Of a DNA stretch of 64,000 nucleotides, positions 58,105-64,000 are shown piece after piece. A program made the position numbers and the translations under genes. Below the pieces are notes generated by a model that was given only the letters and a program-made list of their open reading frames with translations, was not told the origin of the DNA and did no database searches. Origin of the DNA: Actinomycetes bacterium (lineage in GTDB: Bacteria; Actinomycetota; Actinomycetes; S36-B12); the NCBI GenBank assembly GCA_965278965.1, contig OZ257127.1:2100911-2164910 (forward strand). The letters are read 5' to 3'. Position 1 is the stretch's first letter; every line of letters begins with the position of its first letter.

Positions 58105-59543
58105 CAGCGCACCTCCTCGTCACCGGCGGTGGGGACATCCTCTGCCCCGGACGACGGGAGGCGCACCTCGAACGTCGCACCGCCACCCGCCGTCTCGACC
58201 ACGGTGACACTGCCGCCGTGTGCGTGTGCGATTGCGGCCACGATCGACAGGCCCAGGCCGGCCCCATCGGACCGCGGGCCGTTCGCCCGGGCGAATCGCT
58301 GGAACACCAGGTCGCGGTCCTGCGGCTTGATGCCGACGCCGGTGTCCCGCACCCAGAAGCACACGTCGGCGCCCTCGTCGCGGCAGCCGATCCCGATCTG
58401 GTCACCCGGGCCGGTGTGCTGGGTGGCGTTCTGCGTCAGCTGGACGAGGGCTTGCGTCACGCGGTCGCGGTCGGCGTCGATGACACCTTCGCAGCGTGCA
58501 TCCAGCTGCCAGTCACGATCGCCGAGTGCGCGTGCCCGGAGCAGGACATCGTCGACGAGGTCGGCGACGTCGAGCGGGGCCCGCCGTAGGAAGCCGGGCT
58601 GGCTGGCCTTGGTCAGGGTCTGCAGATCGTGGACGATGCGGGCCATCCGCGCGAGCTCGTCGGAGATGACTGTCATGAGCTGCGCGCGGTCGTCCGGATC
58701 GGTCGCCTCGCGCAGCAGGTCCAGGTGTCCGCGGACGATCGTCAGGGGGGTGCGCAGCTCGTGCCCGGCGTCGTCCACGAACTCGCGCTGGGACGCGAAC
58801 GCCTCCTGCAGCCGGTCGAGCATCGCGTTGAAGGACGTCGCCAGATCGTCGAGCTCGTCCTCTCGCCCGGTGAGTGGGATCCGGCTGTCGAGGTCGGTGT
58901 CGGTGATCTCTCTCGCGGTGTCGCGCATGTGCCGGATCGGAGCCAGCACCCGTCCCGCGACGAGCCAGCCGACTCCGGTCGCCAGTGCCAGGCCGGCCAG
59001 GGACGTCAGCAGCAGGGTCCGGCTCACCGAGTCGGCGTCCGCGCTCTCGGCGTCGGCGAAGATCGCGACGACGAGCGTGCCCTTCTGATCGTCGGAGTCT
59101 GCGGAGACCGGCACGGCGACGTACCGCACCGGCCCGGCGTTCGTGTCCGTGACGCCATAGGTCACCGCGTCGACGGCGGAGAGCCTGGCAACCAGCTCCG
59201 GATCCTCATCGACGCGTACCGGCGGGATGTCAGACGTGCGAGCGTCGACCACGCCGTCGACGATGCTGAACATCGTCTCGTTCCGGTCGGGGATGCTTCG
59301 ATCGAGGTAGAGCCGCAGAAGGGCACGGGCGCCCGCCCCGCCGTCGGGGGCGGTCGGCGCGCCCTCCTCGGCGAGTACGCGCAGCTCGGACACCTCGCCG
59401 GCCAGCTCCTGCTGGATGCGCGTCTCCACCTGGCTGATCAGCAAGGCCCGCGCGACGACCCAGCTCACGACCAGCATGAGAGTCGCCGGAACGAGGATCC
59501 AGCCGAGGATCCTCAGGCGCGCCGACCGTCGGCGGTCAGTCAT
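58104..59543 (-). CDS. sensor histidine kinase (two TM, HAMP, HisKA, HATPase_c)
   Basis: 3' part of ORF 58104..59648. ATG 59543 (MTDRRRSARLRILGWILVPATLML). H-box FVDDAGHELRTPLT, then GDQIGIG and GAGLGLSIV. The stop shares 1 nt with the regulator ATG. Confidence 0.85.
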   Translation of the reverse strand: MTDRRRSARLRILGWILVPATLMLVVSWVVARALLISQVETRIQQELAGEVSELRVLAEEGAPTAPDGGAGARALLRLYLDRSIPDRNETMFSIVDGVVDARTSDIPPVRVDEDPELVARLSAVDAVTYGVTDTNAGPVRYVAVPVSADSDDQKGTLVVAIFADAESADADSVSRTLLLTSLAGLALATGVGWLVAGRVLAPIRHMRDTAREITDTDLDSRIPLTGREDELDDLATSFNAMLDRLQEAFASQREFVDDAGHELRTPLTIVRGHLDLLREATDPDDRAQLMTVISDELARMARIVHDLQTLTKASQPGFLRRAPLDVADLVDDVLLRARALGDRDWQLDARCEGVIDADRDRVTQALVQLTQNATQHTGPGDQIGIGCRDEGADVCFWVRDTGVGIKPQDRDLVFQRFARANGPRSDGAGLGLSIVAAIAHAHGGSVTVVETAGGGATFEVRLPSSGAEDVPTAGDEEVR

Positions 59544-60072
59544 TGCGCGGTTGCGCCGCAGTGAGCACGTAGTCGAAGTCCTCGGCCACCTGCTCCCCCT
59601 CGTCATCGATGACGGGCCGATCGGCCCCGACGTCCAGAATCCCATCACCGTCGTCGGCCAGCATGCGGCCCACCAGCTCCGCCGTGCCGGGCACGGGCTC
59701 GTCGAGGCGAAGGGTGACCGGCTGCAGGCCCGCTGTGCGCAGGTCCGACCCCAGCACCACGCCGTCCCGGGTCTCGATCACGATGTGCACGGCCGGCAGG
59801 TCGGTGTCGACGGCTTCTATGACGACGCTCCGTCCGTCCCCGACCTGGTCGTCGATGTCGAGGTCGGCTGAAGGGTCGGTCACCCGCGACGGGCCGTCGC
59901 CGGTGACCGGTGCCGCGACGGGGGCAGATGAGCCGCTGCTGCTGGGGAACGCCACCACGATCGGGTCGAGGTCCGCGCCTGCGGGCGCCGTGTCAGCCAC
60001 CGATGCGCAGCTCACAAGTGCTGCTCCTGCCACCGGCACCAGGAGCCACCCCCACCGCATTCGCGGGCTCAC
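59536..60072 (-). CDS. lipoprotein of unknown function (acidic beta-rich C-terminal domain)
   Basis: ORF track 178 aa. Signal plus lipobox GAALVSC. A Ser/Pro/Ala linker, then an Asp-rich domain (DQVGDGRSVVIEAVDTDLPAVHIVIETRDG...). The 3' end overlaps the kinase start by 8 nt. Confidence 0.6.
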   Translation of the reverse strand: MSPRMRWGWLLVPVAGAALVSCASVADTAPAGADLDPIVVAFPSSSGSSAPVAAPVTGDGPSRVTDPSADLDIDDQVGDGRSVVIEAVDTDLPAVHIVIETRDGVVLGSDLRTAGLQPVTLRLDEPVPGTAELVGRMLADDGDGILDVGADRPVIDDEGEQVAEDFDYVLTAAQPRND

Positions 60073-60079
60073 TGCCGTC

Positions 60080-60475
60080 TCAGATCCGCAGCGACCCGCG
60101 GCACGACTGTCCGCTGGCGCTGGTCGCCGTGAACGAGATCCGGTCCCTGCCGGCGCGGTCCCGGACGATGTGGCTGACGTCGATCTCCCCGTCAGCGTCC
60201 GCTGTCTGGGCGACGCGCAGGACTCGGGTGCCGTTCTTGGCGATCGACACCGTCCACCTCTCGCCCCGTGTCGCTGCGTCGATCTCGACGTCGATGTCGA
60301 TGACGCCGTACTCGCGCTCGAGGTTCAGGTCCCAGCGAGCGCCGGCTGAGCACGTCCCCATCGTCTCGCGCTCGATCTCTGCCGGCCGTGCGGCGGCTGC
60401 TGCCGGGGCTGCGAGGACGCCGGCCGTTGCCAGTGCCGCCCCAGCCGCGATGGTCGCCACGATGGTCTTGCGCAT
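60080..60475 (-). CDS. small secreted protein of unknown function (two Cys)
   Basis: ORF track 131 aa. Signal peptide MRKTIVATIAAGAALATAGVLAAPAAAAA. The mature part is beta-rich, with Cys near each end (GTCSAG ... GQSCRG). 7 nt upstream of the lipoprotein gene. Confidence 0.6.
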   Translation of the reverse strand: MRKTIVATIAAGAALATAGVLAAPAAAAARPAEIERETMGTCSAGARWDLNLEREYGVIDIDVEIDAATRGERWTVSIAKNGTRVLRVAQTADADGEIDVSHIVRDRAGRDRISFTATSASGQSCRGSLRI

Positions 60476-60554
60476 GGTGTGTCCTCTCGTCGCGGGCAGC
60501 TGATCGCTGCCTCGCCACGAGCATGTGCGTCGAAGGTGAGCCGGACCTGACGTG

Positions 60555-60576
60555 CAGATGAGGACTTCCTCATCTG
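60555..60576 (-). terminator. short perfect hairpin downstream of the 96-aa ORF
   Basis: CAGATGAGG-ACTT-CCTCATCTG: 9-bp stem, 4-nt loop, about 50 nt beyond the stop at 60627. No U-tract. Confidence 0.35.
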
Positions 60577-60626
60577 GCCTGAGCAGTCCGGTCCGAGGAG
60601 GACGCCGACGGGAACGTTCCGAGCTG

Positions 60627-60917
60627 CTACGACGGATAGCCAGGCGTGCGATTGGCGATCGACATGGCGACGAAGTCCTTGAACTCGCCGACCTGCTCGG
60701 CCGGGATGTCGACCCGCCCGCCGTTGATGATGGAGCCCGAGACGTCGATGCCCCATCGGACCTTCAGGCTGCTGCCTTTCGGCTCGGCGTCGATGCGCAA
60801 GTGGTCGACGTGCACGCGTGTGGTGTCGCTCGTGCCCTCGTAGCACCACTCGACGACGCGGCCGTCGAGGAGGAACGTCCACTTGCCGGTACGGAACTGG
60901 GGCTGCAGCGAAGTCAC
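60627..60917 (-). CDS. hypothetical 96-aa protein
   Basis: ORF track 96 aa, GTG start, no clear SD. The composition is protein-like (K, F, W, I, N present, unlike the Arg/Pro-rich shadow ORFs). No motif recognised. Confidence 0.45.
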   Translation of the reverse strand: MTSLQPQFRTGKWTFLLDGRVVEWCYEGTSDTTRVHVDHLRIDAEPKGSSLKVRWGIDVSGSIINGGRVDIPAEQVGEFKDFVAMSIANRTPGYPS

Positions 60918-61028
60918 CCGCGGAGCGTACTGGCCGACGCGCGCGTCGCCGGCGCCGTGCGAGTGTCACCCGGTTCCGGGTCACGTTCGACGCTGCCCGG
61001 ATCCGTGCTCCGGCGCGCTGTCGATCGC

Positions 61029-61736
61029 CTATGACCCTGGCGGGCCCCAGAAGAACATGTCGAACCTGTCGGCCCCGGCAGCAACCGCCTCGGTGAACGT
61101 GAACGCTCCGTCGTACAACGCGTCGTCCACGATGATCCCGTCGAGCCCGCGGGGGACGAGCTCATGCAGTTCATGCAAGTCATTCAGGTGTCGGATCCCA
61201 CCCCTGGCCATGACCGCGCTGTTCGTCGACGAGCACAGCTCCTCAAGCAGGTGCCGGTCGCCGTGCTTCCAATGGTGGGTCTCGGCCTTGTCGGTGACCA
61301 CGAAGCGGCGGCATCCCGCGCGCTCGAGGCGGCCCGCGACGTCGAACACCTCTGGTTGGCGGATGTCCAGCCCGACGGCTAGCCGATCGCCGTGGGTAGA
61401 CACCGCGGCGCTGGCCCACTCAAGGTCGCTCGGGTCAACCACGATCCGACTCGCACCGGTCAGCAGCGCGCCCGCCAAGGTCGCGTCGTCCCGCACCGCT
61501 CCCGAGTACTGCAGATGGGCACCGCTGCTCACGATGTGGTGGAGATTGGCAGTCAGCCCGTCCACACTGTCCTGATCGGCCACATGAACCCATGCCGCGC
61601 CTTGGTTCACCCACGACGAGATTGCTCGCGCCGGGGTGCCGTGCTCGGTCGATACGCCATAGCCGGCAGGGGCCAGACGTGACTGCCCACCGGAGATCGT
61701 CACGACGGGGAGCAGGGCCAACGGGTACCTGGGCAT
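61029..61736 (-). CDS. divergent HisA/PriA-like (beta/alpha)8-barrel paralogue
   Basis: ORF track 235 aa. Collinear with my memory of actinobacterial PriA/HisA: LLPVV.I.GG..RL, GAAWVHVADQD, LQYSGAVRDD, LAVGLDI, RFVVTD, ARGGI, GIIVDDALY. The first catalytic Asp position reads Thr (PVVTI). Confidence 0.72.
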   Translation of the reverse strand: MPRYPLALLPVVTISGGQSRLAPAGYGVSTEHGTPARAISSWVNQGAAWVHVADQDSVDGLTANLHHIVSSGAHLQYSGAVRDDATLAGALLTGASRIVVDPSDLEWASAAVSTHGDRLAVGLDIRQPEVFDVAGRLERAGCRRFVVTDKAETHHWKHGDRHLLEELCSSTNSAVMARGGIRHLNDLHELHELVPRGLDGIIVDDALYDGAFTFTEAVAAGADRFDMFFWGPPGS

Positions 61737-61827
61737 GCGGGCAGCCTAACGGCGGCGACCGCATCTCCTGATCGGCCCGCGTTGCTTCGTACGACGGGAC
61801 GAATGCGAAGGACGGGTGTGATCTAGG

Positions 61828-61866
61828 TGGAGCGGGTGACGAGAATCGAACTCGCACTGTCAGCTT
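61828..61866 (-). other. tRNA-Gly 3'-end remnant (anticodon-stem 3' strand to CCA); att-like sequence, not an intact tRNA
   Basis: The minus strand reads AAGCTGA-CAGT-GCGAG-TTCGATT-CTCGT-CACCCGC-T-CCA: T-arm, acceptor 3' strand, discriminator and CCA. It matches my memory of the actinobacterial tRNA-Gly(UCC) 3' portion. No D-arm or anticodon arm can be folded upstream. Confidence 0.6.
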
Positions 61867-61983
61867 TGCCAGTGCGCACGACGCCGAGCCCGCAGCGTCA
61901 GCGCCGCGAGGGAGGCGGCGGCCAGCAGGACGGCGACGCGCGACGAACTTGCGGAGTGGTCCCCTGGCCACCAACCAACCCTG

Positions 61984-63597
61984 TCAGGCCGACGCGAGGG
62001 CCTTGCCGAAGTCAAAACCTGGGTAGTCGGCATCCTTGGCGCCGCCGACTACGTCGTTGTAGGCACCCATGCCCCCCATGTAGAAGTAGTTGGTTACTGG
62101 CTTGCCCACCACGTTCGACCCGTTGATCCAGGAGTTGACCTTCATGAAGAGCGTCGCGTAGGCGATCTCATCGCAGGTCTCCATCCACTCGTTCTCGATC
62201 TCGGCAGTCGGCTCGAGAGTGCCGAGTCCGTTATCCCGCACGTACTGAATCGCGTCGGCCATCCAGTCGATCTGCCACTCGTGGACCGGCGGCTGGTTGG
62301 TGAACGGCCCCATCGGTCCGTAGATCATGAACATGTTCGGGAAGCCCGCAGTCATGATCCCGTAGGTCGTGCGGGGACGATCCGCCCACTTCTGCTGCAG
62401 TGTGAGCCCTCCGCGTCCAGTCTGGTCGATCTTCAGGTACATGCCCGACACCGCATCGAAACCGGTGGCAAGCACCAGGATGTCAAGGTCGTACTCGGCG
62501 TTGTCCGTGCGGATTCCCGTCGGGGTGATCTCGACGATCGGGTGCTCTTTCACATCGACCAGGTGAACATGCGGCAGATTGAAGGTCTCGAAGTACCCGT
62601 CGTTGCAGAGCGGACGCTTGGCCCAGAGGTCGGTGGGCGTGAGCTGCTTGAGGGTCTCGGGATCCTTGACGATCTCGGCCATCTTTTTCTTGAGGAAGTC
62701 CGTGGCCGCCTTGTTCGCCTCGGGATCGACGCCGATGTCGCTGAACGACGCGAACATGAACCGGAATCCGTTTCCCTGACGCCACGCCTCTTCGAACACG
62801 GCCTCGCGCTCTTCAGGGCTCACGCTCATCGCGGGGACCGGGCTCTCGTCGAACCCGAACGACGTGACCGATCGCAGCACAGACTCGCGGTAGCCCTCGA
62901 AGTCGTCAATGATCCACTGCACCTTCTCCGGATCCAGCGGACCGTGGTTGGCAGGCACGCAGTACTGGGGAGTGCGCTGGAAGACGAACAGCTCGTCGGC
63001 CTCCTTGCCCATCTCGACGACCACCTGTGTGCCGCTGGAGCCGGTGCCGATTACTCCCACGCGCTTGCCGGTCAGGTCAACCTTCTCCTGCGGCCAACGA
63101 GCGGTGTGGTAGATCTCGCCCTTGAAGGAGCTCTGCCCCGGGAAGTCCGGGTAGTTGGTGGACGACAACAGGCCGACGCCCTCGATGATGAACTGCGCCG
63201 TGTACCTCTCGCCCGCGCTGGTCGTGATCTCCCAGCGGCCGGTCTGCTCGTTGAATGCCGTCTTCTCGACGCGGGTGTTGAACTTGATGCTGCGGCGCAG
63301 GTCCCAGCGGTCAGTGCAGAAGTTCAGGTAGGAGAGGATCTCCTTCTGGCGCGGGTAGCGCTCACTCCACTGCCACTCCTCGAAGAGCTCCTTGTCGTGC
63401 AGGTAGCAGTAGGCGTTGACCTCCGTGTCGGAGCGCGCACCGGGGTACGTGTTCCAGTACCAGGTGCCTCCGACGCCGGAGCCTTCCTCGAATGACTGGA
63501 CCGTCAGCCCCAGCATGTCCCTCATCTTGTGGAGCGCGTAGATGCCGCCGAACCCAGATCCGATAACGACAACGTCTACATCCACGACCTCGGACAT
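61984..63597 (-). CDS. Baeyer-Villiger monooxygenase (cyclohexanone-monooxygenase-type flavoprotein)
   Basis: ORF track 537 aa. Strong SD (CAGGAGAGGA). FAD motif VVVIGSGFGG, BVMO fingerprint FKGEIYHTARWP, NADPH motif GVIGTGSSG. Confidence 0.9.
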   Translation of the reverse strand: MSEVVDVDVVVIGSGFGGIYALHKMRDMLGLTVQSFEEGSGVGGTWYWNTYPGARSDTEVNAYCYLHDKELFEEWQWSERYPRQKEILSYLNFCTDRWDLRRSIKFNTRVEKTAFNEQTGRWEITTSAGERYTAQFIIEGVGLLSSTNYPDFPGQSSFKGEIYHTARWPQEKVDLTGKRVGVIGTGSSGTQVVVEMGKEADELFVFQRTPQYCVPANHGPLDPEKVQWIIDDFEGYRESVLRSVTSFGFDESPVPAMSVSPEEREAVFEEAWRQGNGFRFMFASFSDIGVDPEANKAATDFLKKKMAEIVKDPETLKQLTPTDLWAKRPLCNDGYFETFNLPHVHLVDVKEHPIVEITPTGIRTDNAEYDLDILVLATGFDAVSGMYLKIDQTGRGGLTLQQKWADRPRTTYGIMTAGFPNMFMIYGPMGPFTNQPPVHEWQIDWMADAIQYVRDNGLGTLEPTAEIENEWMETCDEIAYATLFMKVNSWINGSNVVGKPVTNYFYMGGMGAYNDVVGGAKDADYPGFDFGKALASA

Positions 63598-63732
63598 CGC
63601 TTCCGGTCCTCTCCTGTTGACCCGCTGTGCGCCGACGCTCCAGCGCCAGGCTCATCCTGAGCGGACGCCCTCGTCGACAGGTGTCCCAACTCTGGACATC
63701 CGCGTGCACAGGGCCGATGGCAGCCTGCGGAC

Positions 63733-64000
63733 ATGTCGAGTTCGCGTCGCGTGGCACTTGTGACGGGGGGAGCCCAGGGGCTGGGTGCCGAGATGGCGCG
63801 TCGCTTCGTCGCCGATGGCATGGCGGTCGCGGTGGCTGACATCAACTCAGCAGGGTCCCAGGCCCTTTCCGCCGAGCTCGGCGACCGGGACGTCGCCATC
63901 GACGTCCCTATCGACGTGACCAGCGATGCTTCGGTTGCCGAGGCAGTGGCGACAGTCAGCGACGCCTTCGGTCGGCTCGACGTCCTGGTCAACAACGCTG
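63733..64000 (+). CDS. short-chain dehydrogenase/reductase (SDR); 3' end outside the window
   Basis: Absent from the ORF track (no stop in the window). My translation from ATG 63733 reads MSSSRRVALVTGGAQGLGAEMARRFVADGMAVAVADIN...FGRLDVLVNNA, with the TGxxxGxG and NNAG motifs. Confidence 0.8.
   Translation, partial: MSSSRRVALVTGGAQGLGAEMARRFVADGMAVAVADINSAGSQALSAELGDRDVAIDVPIDVTSDASVAEAVATVSDAFGRLDVLVNNA

Noticed and set aside
61828-61893. An intact tRNA gene on the minus strand.
   Set aside because: The T-arm, acceptor 3' strand and CCA are perfect. But the best 5' acceptor candidate pairs at only 5 of 7 positions and leaves 31 nt for the D-arm, anticodon arm and variable loop, where about 40 are needed. 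No anticodon stem-loop folds. I therefore call it a fragment.

Overview
This is a densely coding, high-GC actinobacterial-type chromosome segment. Hand counts on single 60-nt lines give 43/60 GC at 8401, against 34/60 at 62101, 38/60 at 62701 and 32/60 at 50881. I support about 60 protein genes. Two of them run off the window edges and are therefore missing from the ORF track. I found no rRNA, no intact tRNA, no CRISPR array, and no recognisable transposase, integrase, phage, toxin-antitoxin or known defence gene.

The ORF track is full of long Arg/Pro/Ala-rich antisense and alternate-frame ORFs, which is typical of high-GC DNA. I chose frames by protein-likeness and motifs, and trimmed many N-terminal extensions to starts that overlap the upstream stop (GTGA/ATGA) or follow a Shine-Dalgarno sequence.

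Content from left to right:
- KstD-like flavoprotein (partial), then cydD-cydC followed directly by a DevS/DosT-type GAF kinase, with a convergent DevR-type regulator.
- A branched-chain 2-oxoacid dehydrogenase E1a/E1b/E2 operon, a mycothiol-type DinB/MDMPI protein, a nitrilase-superfamily hydrolase and an L,D-transpeptidase-like protein.
- An ABC importer locus with two paralogous permease pairs, one binding protein, one ATPase and a coupled metallophosphoesterase.
- CopC plus a CopD-CtaG fusion, a FadE5-like acyl-CoA dehydrogenase, a GH4 6-phospho-glycosidase with a BadF-type kinase, and a pirin.
- An NTF2/LEH-like protein, a thiolase and an APH-like kinase, then a PLP decarboxylase and a PhoA-type phosphatase.
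- A SulP / lipid-kinase / PAP2 triad, a membrane alpha/beta hydrolase and a DUF2237-type protein.
- An FAD dehydrogenase divergent from a P450.
- An accessory-looking right third with two two-component systems, a LAL regulator, a TetR, GNATs, small secreted proteins, a degenerate HisA/PriA paralogue, a Baeyer-Villiger monooxygenase (BVMO) and an SDR.

I cannot point to one clear-cut new system. The best leads are:
1. A translationally welded SulP / membrane lipid kinase / PAP2 operon, divergent from phoA.
2. A seven-gene co-directional module: two secreted proteins, histidine kinase (HK), response regulator (RR), LAL regulator, an MBL-fold protein with a diiron-like motif, and an SRPBCC protein.
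3. Three families of 60-70 nt long-hairpin intergenic elements placed at stop codons. One family brackets a 2.8-kb three-gene block as direct repeats.
4. A 39-nt tRNA-Gly 3'-end remnant (att-like) next to a lower-GC BVMO/SDR segment.
5. The duplicated permease pairs in the ABC locus.

All functional calls rest on motifs I could read and on remembered family signatures. No database search was run.
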